Positions 1-13,400 of a DNA stretch of 60,724 nt are shown piece by piece; the stretch's first letter is position 1, and the number at the start of each line of letters is the position of its first letter. The position numbers and the translations under genes were made by a program. The DNA lies in contig JAUCBJ010007414.1 of assembly GCA_032718475.1 (NCBI GenBank), positions 1 to 60,724 of the forward strand, read 5' to 3'. This DNA comes from Nemertoderma westbladi. Taxonomy: Eukaryota; Animalia; Xenacoelomorpha. Under the pieces are notes generated by a model, which searched no databases, was not told the DNA's origin, and was given only the letters and a program-made list of their open reading frames with translations.

Positions 1-223
1 TACACTGATGCTGCACGAAGGCCCCACACAAATTCTAATTGGAAAATTTTCAAACTTTTGCCAAACAACATGTGTACCAAGTTTGGATAGATTTCATCAA
101 GGATTGGCCGAGTTATTAACGTTTAAAATAAAATACTGAAAAAAAACGCGACAGAACGACAGAACGACAGGTTGATTAATGGTACCACTACGCTAAGGCT
201 CACTCACTTCGTGGCTCGCCCCA
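1..223 (-). mobile_element. 5' part of Helitron-like non-autonomous repeat (runs off the window start)
   Basis: Near-identical reverse complement of 6775-6997 (GTGGGGCGAGCCACGAAG start, CTGTCGTT repeats, AAACTTGGTACACATG core). Confidence 0.75.
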
Positions 224-314
224 TATTACTCTTAAACCTAATGTACAGGACACGAAGTAGCTTCCACTCCAAACGCAGTGTAACTAACTGCATTCAATAC
301 AAACAAACTAAACT

Positions 315-760
315 GTTTAATTGAGGTCGATAATCACGATAAAACTTGTTAAAAATATTTTCTGGTAAAGCAACCATCATTTTTAGTGCCATTTTGGTCC
401 CCCAGGATGAAAAGTACAAGTAAAAAATGTCAAACTAAAATATTTTGTTTGGTTTGGTAATTCTGAAGATATACGGGTTTTCGAGGTCGCTGACCAAGAT
501 TAAATTAGTTAAAAATATTTTTGGTTAATTTTTGGTGACATTCTGGTGCCCCAGAACGAAAAGTACAAGTAGCAAAAATTTCAAACTGTTAAATTTTGCC
601 TTTGGGTTTGTAATTCTAAAGCTATACTGGTTTCCAAGGGCTCTGATCACGATACAACTCGTTAAAAACATTTGTGGTAACGCAACTATCGTTTTTGGTG
701 CTTGACTGGTGGGATGAAAAGCATAAAATTTCGAACGGCAAAAATGGAATTTGGTTGGAT
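315..760. repeat. Diverged tandem repeat, about 160-bp unit, about 3 copies
   Basis: GAGGTCG...GTTAAAAATATT...CCCCAG..GAAAAGTACAAGTA pattern recurs near 322, 482 and 635. Confidence 0.6.
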
Positions 761-1521
761 AATGCGATATTTTTGAGTGTTATATTCGTGATTAGCATCC
801 CAGAAAACCCCTAATGTCATAAAATCATTTTGATTTACTAATAATTTTTGGTTATCAAATTTGTGCTATACATAGGCCTATGTATTTTTCGGTCCACACA
901 TTGACATGTATCAAAACAAAAAATGCCCTAATCAAAAAGGTACGATATATTTCAGTGTCAAATTCGTCAAATTCAAAATAAATACCAATGCCCATCCCAA
1001 AATACCAATGGTAATAAAATCAATTTGATTTTATTGTGATTTTTCTTCACATCAAAATTACCAAGAAAATCATTTACATATACGTATATATATATACTTA
1101 TGTGCACTACGGAAAAATATATGTTGAAAATATAATTTTCTTATAATTTGTTTGTTTCCATGGTAACCGACATAAATTAAAATGTGATATATTTAAGTCA
1201 TCTGCATCATGATATATTAGTTAAAATAAATAGGTTTGCTCTTGTGTGTTCTCGTTTATAATTACAGTTCCAATCCAGATGGGTGCTGTGTTTTCTCATC
1301 TTAGTAATTTAATGTACCTGTAGCCATAGCAACCACATCCATCATTCTGTCCATTTAAATAACTTTGTTTAAATATCATTTAAATAACCATTTTAATTTT
1401 ATATAATTCTCGCATGACTTCTTATAATGTTGATTTACAATCATTGTTCGAAGTTATTCTATAAATCTTTTAATTGAGTTGTTGCCCTGGCAACTATAGT
1501 AAACATGCTTAAGTACATAAG

Positions 1522-2921
1522 TTGGTGCCAGTTCCCAAGAAGGGCAACCTAACACCTGGTTCTTTTCGGGGAATCTCATTGATCTCGATTGCTGCAAAGC
1601 TATACAATATAATTTTATTAAATCGCATCAGGGACCCCATTGAGAGACTGCTCCGTGAAATCAGAATGGGTTCCGTTAAGGTCGTGGGACCATGGTGCCC
1701 ATTTTGGCACTTAGAAGGATAATTGACGAGTTATCAAAAAAGAAAGACAGGCATCTGGCTGTTATCTTTATTGACTTCTTCAAGGTCTTTGATTCATTCT
1801 CTCACTCACGTATGTTCAGCATGCTTTCATTATATGGGATTCCTGATGAAATTATTGCAGCAATCAGATCAGTATACGATGGTTCGACAACATTCGTGTC
1901 CACTGTTGATGGTGACACAGAACCATTTGAAGTATTATGGGGAGTCCTCCAAGGAGACACACTTGCGCCATTCTTGTTCATAATTGTGGTTGACTGTTCT
2001 ACGCATGTCCTTAGATCATCATAATCATGATGGGGTGATGGTAACTCCACCTACTGGCTCCAGAAGTCGAGGAAATCCTGCCAAGTACCTAACTAATCTA
2101 GACTTTGCTGATGACTTAGGAGTACTCTCAGAATCATTAGAGGGAGCCCAACGGCTCCTCAGCTCATTAGAACAGACTTCTTCTAGTGTTGGTCTTTTTA
2201 TTGACTCCAAAAAACCAAAATTTGGACAGTTAACTTTGAAAGTCCTCAGCAAGTCTCTGACCGGATGAGCATAAGCTCAAAGGATGGTATGCTAGAGCAT
2301 GTGGATGACTTCTGTTACCTGGGATCATGGATGCGGAAGTGAGGTGAGGACCTTCGAATACGTAAGGGAAAGGCATGGGCAGCCTTGAATATGCTTTCCA
2401 GGATTTGGAAGTCACATAGAATTAATCGGAAACTTGAGGTCCGATTATTTAGAGCAGCAGTAGTTCCAGTACTCTTCTATGGGAGTCCATGCTGGGTTCT
2501 AACTGCTGAGGACACCAAATCTCTGGATGGCGCATTTACAAGAATGCTACGCCGGGTTCACCGTGTCAAGTACAATGCACACATCTCCAACCAGACACTA
2601 TATAACATTAGAGGTGTCTCATTGATTCCCCCAAGCTTGACACTAGAACAAAGCCGCCTCCGCTTTGCAGGATATTGCTTGCGCCGTGAGGTCCAGCCAG
2701 TGCATAATCTTGTACTTTGGCAGCCTCATGGAGTGTATAAGCATGGTGGACAGTCCATGACTTTCTTGAGACGCATCTTAAAGGACACTGGCCTTGAAGA
2801 TGCGGATGATCTAGCAAATGTCATGGGTGATAGGGAGTTGTGGCGGCGCAATTTTGTCGACAAGTCGGTACAGCATTCTTAAAAATGCAGCTGCAATGCA
2901 GCATGTTGAACCTAGTAATAG
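1522..2921 (+). mobile_element. 5'-truncated, frameshifted RTE-clade LINE (RT and C-terminus)
   Basis: ORF pieces PKKGNL..FRGISL, FIDF.K.FDS, GVLQGDTLAPFLF, DFADD, LRFAGYC; ends in a TAGTAATAGT tail. Confidence 0.9.
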
Positions 2922-3151
2922 TCATGTCGTAAATAAACCGGCATATCCATTTGTGCGACATTCCTAGAGACAAATCTACTAAATTATTGCAAAATTCCAC
3001 TAATCCGACGGGGTTCTCACAATGCAGTCCTTAACCTTAACTTAATATCAAAATAAATATTTGTGTATTTTAGCACCCTGCAATAATAATTCTAACATTA
3101 AATTAAATTAAATAGTACTCAAAGTTTAATTCTCGCAGAGAGGATAGATTA

Positions 3152-4754
3152 TGTGGGGCGAGCCACGAAGTGAGTGAGCCTTAGCGTAGTGGTACCATTA
3201 TTCAACCTGTCGTTCTTGTTCAATTTTAAACGCTAATAACTCGGCCAATCTTCGATGAAATCTATCCAAACTTGGTACACATGTTGTTTGGCAAAAGTTT
3301 AGAAATTTTCCAAGTTGAATTTTCGTGTGGCCTTCGAGAAGCTAAGATAATAGCAGTTAATTAGTTAATTAAATTGATTACGGTAAAAACAGCACTTTCA
3401 ACCTGCCTGTTAAAGGAAATTAATTGTTTTACAGTATAAGACTTCAATAATTATACTTAAAAATTATACAGATGTAATCCACATACTCCATTCTATTATA
3501 GTTTTTAATTAGATCAAGTGATTTGCTTTAATAATTGTGTCTTTAATTGATCTAAAGTAATTAAAACGGCATAAAAAATTGATTCTCATTAAATACTGCT
3601 CATTTATTGGCCAACATGCTGGTACATAGATGGAAGGATGTGTGTGTAAGGCAGCCAGTTGCTGGGAATGATTATTGGTCAAGTCTCTGCTGGTGTGGAG
3701 CTAGCTGGCTGGGAGTTGTGGCTGTAGACTAACCAGAGAGGAATTGTAATAGGCAACCAGTATTGCTATTCCAGCCCAGACAACATTCTTTAAATCCCAC
3801 ATCCCACCATCCTTCCTGTATTCCAATTCCTATTGACTCTACTATAAATGTTGTATTGCTATCTCAGGTAAATGACAGATACATGTATAATAACATAAAT
3901 ACTATCCATGGCATGGCTGTTGTGTAGGTTTATATATGAAATAGTTTATTCCACAATGTATTTGTCTGGTTATTTTTAATTGAATTTTTGTAAAGTAGTA
4001 AAATTAATGTTCTTAAAAATAATTTTATTATTTTATATGTAACCAAGGAAATTAGCTACAATTTTTCGCTGCAGCTTTAAGAGTGTACATTGATTTAATA
4101 TTATTTCAATACCCATATTACTACATCGGCATACGATGCGTTGGCGTTGTATCACACATCTCCACATAGATGTATCAGCAGTTACTCGCACAGTTTCGAA
4201 ACTTCGCATAGTTATAACTGTATAAAGGTCGTCAGTCTGCGTTTAGGAAAATATTTTGTGACAACACAGGACGAGCGACGAGCGCAACGAGGCATATAAT
4301 GAAGACCGAGTACTGCGTAGACTTTATTCCTATAAACCATCCCTGGCTGCGCCTATTGAACGCATCGGTAGTTATAAAGATCGTCAGTCTGCGTTTAGGA
4401 AATATATTTAAATACAAAACAGGACGAACGCAACGAGGCTTATAATGAAAACGAGTACTGCGCTTATTATATTCCTATAAACCACCTGGCTTTGCATATT
4501 GAACGTGCGATTGGAAATAAGTTCGTGCTACCCTTCCGTGGGTGGTAGATGTCGCGGTTATGTATTGGTGGGTGGGAAAGGTGGGGAGGGGGGGTGCAGA
4601 TTAAAAGGGCTGAACACGTACTGTACCCCTTTCTTTAATTGATTGGTGGTGTGGGTAAATTTCTCAAATACTGATTTTGTGATACAGTCGCTCAGTTTTA
4701 ATTTGTATCTCATAACTGGGCCTCGTGCTGCGCGAAGGCCCCACGAACGTGTAG
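3152..4754 (+). mobile_element. Helitron-like non-autonomous element, copy with both ends
   Basis: Same 5' block as 6774 and same 3' block (4383-4752 matches 10048-10427) ending in a GGGCCT...AGGCCC hairpin plus ACGAACGTGTAG; internal duplication of about 150 bp at 4231-4510. Superfamily is inferred. Confidence 0.65.
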
Positions 4755-5380
4755 TCTGTTAGAAGTAGAGAGTTGTATATTATACTTATATCTCATAATT
4801 AAAGATTCATTGCTAAGTAGGCTTACCAGAAAGCATTGAAATACGGTCTGGTGAACAACTTAATCCAATTATAAGAGTTTGTTTGCATAAGTTACATAAC
4901 ACATTGGTCTGCGTTTCTAACAGATTAGACTTTTTTGGAACAATTACAACGGGTGTTATGACGGAAAATACTTTTGGCTCTTATACAGTACATTACATTC
5001 AGTAGTCTGTGGGAAATACAGTATTTGACATACTGTAGATCCAATGTCTACATAATAGGATATTATTTCCTCATACAAACCAATTATGGGGCCAGTATAA
5101 TTATTCTGGTAGGCCTGTTGTTATACTGTAATTGAACTTGTTAATTGGCAATATATTGGCAGTTTTGAGTGCGGCAGTAATAATTATACATATTATATAA
5201 ATATGTACGGTATTTAATTTATACATTTCCAATGGGGGTGGAGGGGTTTTAAGGGAGGTGGGCCATATTCCGCAGAAGAGTATCGCCTAAGAATGTACAA
5301 TTCTATTATTACAGTTACAGTAGGTCTACATGCAATGCAATGTGTCGACTAAATGTCTACCATGTCACTGGATAACAGAT

Positions 5381-5510
5381 TCGTGTGGCCTTCGCGCAGC
5401 ACGAGGCTCAGTTATGAGGTACAAATTCAAATTGAGCTACAGTATTCTATCACAAATTCGGTATTTAAGAAATTTAACAACACCGCCTATAATTAAAAAA
5501 TAAGGGGTGA
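5381..5510 (-). mobile_element. 3'-end fragment of the same Helitron-like family
   Basis: Diverged reverse complement of about 4625-4746, including the terminal hairpin. Confidence 0.65.
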
Positions 5511-5741
5511 CCTGGGGACAACCCAAAGGCGCGCAGAAGACTTATGATAATTAAAGAATCGATGACAAGAAGGTATTAACAGAAAATTGGTGTTGTAAAA
5601 GTAATATATTTTAGGCGTGGAGGCGACTTTGTAAGAAATATTAAAACTTACCTTATGCCGATAGTTTTATTATACTGAAATATTAATTTTCCATGTCAAC
5701 ACCTCAACGAAATTTTATTTAGCTAATTATTATTCTAAAGA

Positions 5742-5950
5742 ATAGTGTTGAGAACTGAATCAATTTTGACCAATTTCAGTTACAGTTTCAGTATTCAAAG
5801 TTTTGCATTTCAGTTACAGTTTCAGTATTACAAAATTGAGCATTTCAGTTTTAGTTACAGTTTTGATCGCGATAAAATTTCAGTTTACTATTTCTAATTT
5901 AAAATAGAGAAAAAAGATAAAATTTCAGCTATTTCAGTTTCAGTTATAGA
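5742..5950. repeat. CAGTT(A/T)CAGT-rich dispersed repeat, probable DNA-transposon end
   Basis: GTTGAGAACTGA followed by CAGTTA/CAGTTT arrays; related copy at about 14025-14167. Confidence 0.5.
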
Positions 5951-7594
5951 TTCAATATATTATCCTACGTAGTAAGCAGTCATTGAAATAATTAAAACTA
6001 AAAATGAGTCACTTTAATATATATTACTGTTATATACACTAATAATAATATTCATTATGAAACTGCCTCTTTATAGAGCCTGACTGCCTGAGCGGTAGGC
6101 CTATAGGTTAGTTGTTGTAGGAAAGATGGACCCCATCTATGGGGGTATTTTGTAACTGATATACTGATAGTACTGTATGTAATGAAAGTGGCAGTCACAA
6201 TATTAACTAAAGGCACCCACATTTTACTGTACATCTTGTTTCATTTATTGTTTTGGTTATAAAGGCCATGCTTTTGAATCCTGTTCATTTCCCTTAATTT
6301 ATAATTTGTTGTAGTAAGTTTCATATATTTGTAGTTTTGGTTAGACCAACCTTGTTAAGCTGCTCCTTTCACTTTTTAAGTTTAATTGTAATTTTGTAAT
6401 CTATTATGGTAAACTTGACAAAAAATTTATTTCCAGTGTGCCTCTAGTGTGATAACCCCTGTGATATTAATAGTACCAGTAACATAATTCATAATGTAAA
6501 ATATATATCCGTTATATGATAATATATGATAATAATCTAACAGTTGAGGTAGATGCTACCACTATGGCAGTAATGTGGTACTACTGTACCTGTAGCTGTC
6601 AGCCCAGTAGGGCAGGCCCGATAAGCATAGCCTATTCATTATTTTGTTGATCAAGAGTGGGTTGGTTCAGCCCCGTCAACTAAATAAGTCATTGAGGGCT
6701 ATAGCGCCTAGGGCACTATTGAAGGCAAAGGCTTGATACGCATCTGCATTAGAGATGATACAAGCCCCGCCCTGTGGGGCGAGCCACGAAGTGAGAGAGC
6801 CTTAGCGTAGTGGTACCATTAATCAACCTGTCGTTCTGTCGTTCTGTCGCGTTTTTTTTCAGTATTTTATTTTAAACGTTAATAACTCGGCCAATCCTTG
6901 ATGAAATCTATCCAAACTTGGTACACATGTTGTTTGGCAAAAGTTTGAAAATTTTCCAAGTAGAATTTGCGTGGGGCCTTCGTGCAGCATCAGTGTAACT
7001 GTTATTGTAGTTATAATATATTTATTTATCCAAAATTAACATGCGTTAAATTATTATTACTGTAGGATAAATCAGCTGGTTTTCTGACAAATTTTGCAAA
7101 ACATAGGGGCTGTCTGCCAATCTGCATGTACCATTTGTACCGGTACTGTCAGGCTGTAATACAGGTCAGCCGGTACCATACACTGCAGACATGCCATATC
7201 ATGTAATCTAAACATGGCCCCGGAAACCCTTGCGGTGATTATAGTTTAGGCCTAATTAGCCTAGTACCGGTAATAATAATATAATAGTTTAGATAGTTCA
7301 GTAGTTACCGCTAATCATTCAGTCATTGGCACGGTACACCGTATTGCTGTACTGCCGTTCAGCCGTTGTAGTGCGCACCGTAGGTACCACCCATGCGTAG
7401 GCTGACTGTGCTGATTATGGTTTGATTGATTGATTGTTTTTTACACATAATTAAACCTTTTAAAATTCACAATAATACATTTATAAAGATTACGTTACGA
7501 TATTAGGCCTACAGTACAAGTAGGCCTAATAACACTAGATATTTAGGAGCACCAATACTGATTTATGTAGATAGTCAACTTATAAAATGTTTAT

Positions 7595-7830
7595 TTACTT
7601 AAATAAAAGGTTCTGGTGTAAGGATAGCCTCATGAGGTATATACCTCGTTTCCATGAGGGTCCTATAATAATTTTCATACTCTAATATTTAAAGCTAGTC
7701 AGACTGTGGTACCTAAGCTATATACTGTTAGGTATATTGCTGTATTGGGGTGGGGTTAGGAATAATCCATTTGTTTTAGCATTGAACTGTTGAATCCCCT
7801 TATTTATTATAAAACCATTGGAAATATTCG
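7595..7830 (-). mobile_element. L2/Crack-type LINE 3' end
   Basis: 7621-7664 is homologous to the 3' stem-loop at 23471-23513 of the L2-like element. Confidence 0.55.
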
Positions 7831-8581
7831 CAAATGCCGCTCCATTACTGTCTGATGTCTGAAACGCTCCCGACAGTCCGATGTATCTGGACCCGAGCAG
7901 CCGAGTTGCTTCAAGAGGTGATTAACGGGGGAATACTACGGAATTGCTTGTTTGTCAGTACGATTCTATTTGGGTATTTACTACACTCAGACACTGGGAA
8001 TACGGCGGTCGGTCAGATCGTAATGCGGGCCACTGCCAAGTTCATCATGCCTCACTCCGGTCACCCACCTTGGAGTGCGGTGGGAAGAGTCCCACTTACT
8101 GACTTACGTCGACGACTGGACGAATCGACGAGGATTGCGATCTGGGTTTAGCGGCGGCCCGGATCCTGGGATCGCCTGGGGGAAATGGTTGAACGTTGGG
8201 CAGACGTTATCGCACTGGATTACGTTCTCTGTGACGCGAAAGTGTGAAGCGAATTCGTTGTCGAATTGGGTCGGAAGCTGCGGGAATTCTACTGTTCTAC
8301 GGGAGTAAACCGCAGCGGTCCGGTGACTAGACTACGGACGGATACTACTGGGATAAGCAGGTATTTCGATCGAGTTTCTCGTATTCTCGATGCTCGAGGC
8401 GGATAGAGAGTTGGTTGTGTTGGGCGGTGTTGTTCAATTCTATCAAACATATTAAATAATTGGTAAAATAATAAAAACACACCAGATAAAGATACTGAGC
8501 TTATGGTAAAGAGATAGGCCGAACTTACAATTTCCAAATAGATTGTTCATATAATAAATATATTTTTGGTATTTGATTTCA

Positions 8582-8841
8582 AGATAGGGGGGGGGGGGGG
8601 GGGGGGGGCTGGACGCAGTAAAAATTCATCCCTCTCCAGGGGAAATTGGACGCAAATAACAACAGCTGATTACTCTCAAAAATAAAACTGTAACCTGTTC
8701 TATTGTGTTTAATTTATTGTTTTGGTTAAAATAACGTGCCACTGTAACCTGCTCCTTTCCCAAAATTTAGAAATTAATATTGAGGCGGGATATTAATTCG
8801 CCAAGATGGGATTTGCGTCCAGTCCCACCCCCCTCCTATCT
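8582..8841. mobile_element. MITE with G-rich terminal inverted repeats
   Basis: AGATAGG(G)n CTGGACGCA ... TGCGTCCAG (C-rich) CCTATCT; related copies at about 16790-17050 and 19424-19591. Confidence 0.6.
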
Positions 8842-9686
8842 CTTGATTTCACTAAAAAATAGAATACATTGCATTTTACTGTTATAATTACTGTATTGAA
8901 TAAAATAATTAATTGATTGTTTATTAAACCGTGCTAAGCACGTTGAACTGGAGCTCTAACAATTCCCCACTAGCGGCAGACAGGAACTGTAAAAGTCTCT
9001 GTAGAATTTCTAATTAAGCAATGCTCTTAGGTAACTGCTACTAAATTTCAGATGAATCTGATCGTTGGTTCTATAATTACAGCTATTTTTACGTTTCTGT
9101 TAATTCGCCCCCTAGCGGCAGACCGGGGAACTGTAGAAGTCTGTCTGTGTGTAGAATTTCTAAATTTTTTTAAGACTACAAGTGTACCACGTTTGGTTCC
9201 ATTTCATCCATGATTGACCGACTTATTAGCGTTCAAACATTCCTGCCACGAATAAAAGCTGCAGGAACTCGAGCGATAATTAATTTATTTATTATTAAAT
9301 ACTGTTTCAATTAAATTCTTTACGAAAATCTAGTCATCTTCTTTTAAATATGGACCCTGCATTCATGGAAAATATAATATTTGATAATTCATCAGTCACC
9401 AGTCAGCCTACGCTAATTTCACAGCAAAGTCCTTGTCATGGCCTGTGTGTAGTAGGCCATGGTACCACCCTACTACCGGTACCGGCTGACCGGTGGCAAC
9501 TAGCACTTGCACAGCAACAGCCCTACCGGCGATACACAGGTTGAAATTTATGTAGAGTTTGCTCAACAGTACAGATATAAAATAGTTATCTAAATTATAT
9601 ATATTACTATTGACAAGTATTGAAATATATACCGTTATTCGTGTTATCAGTATTTGCAACATCTGACATCGAAGAGGTGAGAGAAG

Positions 9687-10020
9687 ATGAATACCGACAC
9701 TCAACAAAACCAACGCTTATCACAGGTCGGTATGGTTACCTCGAAACCGGCGCGACTGTCCACTCGAATACAACTTCAAAACACAAACGCCAACAATAAA
9801 CTGAAAGCAAATCGAACGTCTTCAGAAGAATATGTCATTGGGACGAAGAAAAGGAAGCCGAAACCACGGGAATGGACCACAGCTAAGATTGAATGCTCCC
9901 ATTGTCAGAGTTCCTGGACCGAAATTGAAACACCAATTGCTGATGGGCTTGATCTCTCAAACCAAAACTTCCTCTGCGGGGTTTGTGCGGCAGTAAAGAT
10001 TGAAAGTCTGGAAGCTGGCA
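9687..10020 (+). pseudogene. Fragment resembling the PHD-like finger of a CR1/L2 ORF1
   Basis: IECSHCQSSW...NFLCGVC; the ORF then reads into repeat DNA after about 10030. Confidence 0.35.
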
Positions 10021-10430
10021 TCCCTAGGTATTATTATTATAAAGAGCGTCAGCCTGCGTTTAATAAATATATTTTAATACAAAACAGGTCGAACGCAAAG
10101 AGGCTTATAATGAAGACGAGTACTGCATTGATTATATTCCTATAAACCACCTGGCTTTGCATATTGAACGTGCGTTTGGAAATAAGTTCGTGCTACCCTT
10201 CCGTGGGTGGTAGATGTCGCGGTTATGTATTGGTGGGTGGGAAGGGAGGGGGGGGGGGGGGGGGGGTGCAGATTAAAAGGGGTGAACACGTACTGTTGTC
10301 CCCCTTTCTTTGATTAATTGGTGGTGTTGGTTAATCTCTCATAACCTGATTTTGTGATACTGTCGCACAATTTTAATTTGTATCTCATAACTGGGCCTCG
10401 TGCTGCGCGAAGGCCCCACGAACGTGTCTA

Positions 10431-13400
10431 TACTGGATGCTCCTCTACCAGTGTTAGGTAACCTAACCCAGGAGGCACACTTGGTTCAGGGTGTAACAAA
10501 AGGACCCCTACAGTCGGCAGCAGGGCTGTAGGCCATGGATAGGCGGAAGGTAATCAACCAACGGCTAGACATGCTGACAAGGTCGGCGGAAGTAATCAAC
10601 CAACGGCGACCTACTGCGAAGACGCTTGTAGGAGTTGCGACCACAAGCGGTTTACTCCCGCAACTGAAAGATATGAGTATGAGAACCCTCCAGGAGAAAT
10701 ACCGGCTCGGTCGTCGCCCGGGTCAACAAGGACCGCGTCCCTCAGTGGTACACCAGGCTGGGGTCGATAAATTGGCTACTGGAACAGAAGACAGAGAAGA
10801 AAGAAGAACCAACCTGTTGAAATGTAAAAAGACACTAAAGATTGCTACAATGAACGCACGCACGTTGAAAGCACAGAGCAAACAGGGTGACATGGTCGCT
10901 CTGGCAATGGAATATAACATCGACATCATCTGCATCCAAGAACATCGGATTTGTCATGAAGACACTGCCATGAAGTACAATGACATTGGAAATGGATGGA
11001 CGTTAGTAACAAGCTCAGCAGTAAGAAACTCGGCCAATGCATCAATTGGTGGAGTAGGAATTCTGCTAAGCCCATTTGCACTTAAGACCCTAAACAACAT
11101 CGAATCTATAAATTCCAGGGTTATGATCGCAACATTTGATGGGAATCCCAAGACAACAGTTATATGTTGCTACAGTCCAACCAATGCATCAGAGCCAGAA
11201 CAAGCAGTCAAGTTTTATGAAGAACTGACTGGACTTATTAAGGACATCCCGAAACACAATGTTAAAGTCATTGCTGGTGACCTGAATGCGCAAATTGGCC
11301 CAGAAGACATCAAGGGTTACACCTATAACACCAGTTCTAACATAAATGGGTACTTACATTTAGACCTAATGGAAGAATATGAATTGATACCAACAAACAA
11401 CACATTCGAAAAGAGTAAGGGGAAGCTATGTACCTTTCAATACCCTAATGGAACCAAAGCACAACTGGATTACATCCTTATAAACAAAAAGTGGAGAAAT
11501 AGCATGATCAACTGCGAGGCATACAGCTCGTTCAACCTAATTGGTTCGGACCACAGAATTGTCACTGCAGAGATCAGACTCAGTTTGAGAGCCAGCAAAC
11601 CCAGGACAAGCAAGCAAATCAACTATGACTGGGAGAAACTCAGAACTGACAATGCTGTAAGGGATGCTTATACAGTAGAAGTTCAAAACCGCTTTGAAGC
11701 ACTTCAGTCAATGGATGAAGACCAATCCACCGATTCAATATACCAGAATATAATAACAGCCCACAAGGAATCAGCTAAGAGGCATATCCCCCAGAAACCT
11801 AAACGAAAACAGTATGTGCCATGGCAAAACTCTGAGGTTACTTGTAAGAGAGAGGATCTTAAGATAGCCTACAAAGTTAAAACCGAACAACCAACAACCG
11901 AAAACATTAACAAGGTTGAGAAAGCTAAGGACGATCTTAAATTGGCCTACAACATCAGCCAGGAAAAGTACATACAGGATAAAACTGAAGCAATTACAAC
12001 TGCTCACATACAGCACCAATCAAGACTTACCTGGCAAACTGTAAATGAGGTATCTGGTCGGAAAAGTTGTGCAAAGGGGCGCCTCAAAGCCGATAGTCCT
12101 GAAGAAAGAACGTGTTGGGAAGTGGAAAAATCATTTCAGCAACTTGCTTGGGCAGCCACCAAACATCGAGGTCAGCCCTACAAGGAAAATATATGACAAG
12201 ACACTACCTATAGAAACAGGGGACTTCACACCTGCCGAACTCCAAAGAAGCATTAAAAGCATGTCCAATAATAAAGCGAGTGGATTAGATGAAATCCCAG
12301 CGGAGGTATGGAAAACCGGAGTGCTAAATAGACCATTATTGAATGTTTGCAACCGGATGTTAAAAGGGGAAAAGCCACCACCAATTTGGACTAAAGGTCA
12401 ACTAAAGCCTCTCCCCAAGAAAGGAGACCTCGGCATACCAACAAACTATCGTGGGATCTGTCTGCTTGTGGTAGCTGCCAAAATATACAATAAAATGATT
12501 TTATATAGGATTAGGCCTCACATAGAGAAACTACTGCGTAAGAGCCAAAACGGATTTCGACCAAGTAGATCAACAATAGCTCAGATACTTGCACTACGGA
12601 GACTGATTTAAGGAATTAAGTCAAAGAATCTCCCCGCAGTCATGACTTTTGTGGACTTCAAGAAGGCATTCGACTCCATCCATAGAGGTAAAATGCTTGA
12701 AATCCTAAGAGCTTATGGAATACCAGAAGTAATTGTTGCTGGCATTGGATTGTTATATTGTGACACAGAAGCGCAGGTACTCTCACCAGATGGTGAAACT
12801 GAGTTTTTCTCAATCCTGGCTGGCGTACTGCAAGGTGACACATTAGCACCATTACTATTTGTAATTGTGCTGGATTACGCAATGAGGTCGGCCACAAAGG
12901 GTGAAGATCTGGGATTCACACTTCAAGAACGCAGAAGTAGTTGATATCCGGCAACTACAGTCACAGACACCGACTTTGCGGATGACATCGCCCTGCTCTC
13001 TAATACGCTAGCAGATGCACAGCTTCTACTAAATAAAGTGGAGAGGGCTGCTAAGGAGGTTGGATTGTATATAAATGCTACCAAGACCGAATTCATGACC
13101 TTTAATGTTGATGGAAACTTGACAACCATTGATAATAATCAACTAAGGAAGGTCGATGACTTCCAGTACCTTGGATCATGGATAGAGAGTAGCAAAAAGG
13201 ACATAGAAGTTAGGAAAGCAAAGGCTTGGGTAGCTCTATCAAAAATGGATACCATCTGGAAATCAGATCTCTCCAGGCACCTGAAGACTAAGTTCTTTCG
13301 AGCCACAGTGGAAAGTGTATTTTTATACGGGGGTGAGACCTGGACACTGACTAAATCACTTGAACAACGAATTGATGGTTGCTACACAAGACTACTAAGG

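Larger units (their letters stand above)
6773..10430 (+). mobile_element. Helitron-like element, 3.6 kb, with composite interior
   Basis: Same termini as 3152-4754; internal 19-bp inverted copy (6971-6989) of the 3' hairpin region; ends GTGTCTA at the RTE junction. Confidence 0.6.

Noticed and set aside
1-30. CTGATG...CGAA resembles a hammerhead ribozyme core
   Set aside because: Lacks CUGANGA and GAAA with flanking stems.
3182-3192. TAGCGTAGTGG matches the Pol III A-box, suggesting a tRNA or SINE
   Set aside because: No properly formed B-box or cloverleaf follows; it is part of the Helitron-like 5' block.
7834-8537. Cluster of GC-richer short ORFs as a host gene
   Set aside because: No recognisable domain or splice structure; lies inside composite repeat DNA.
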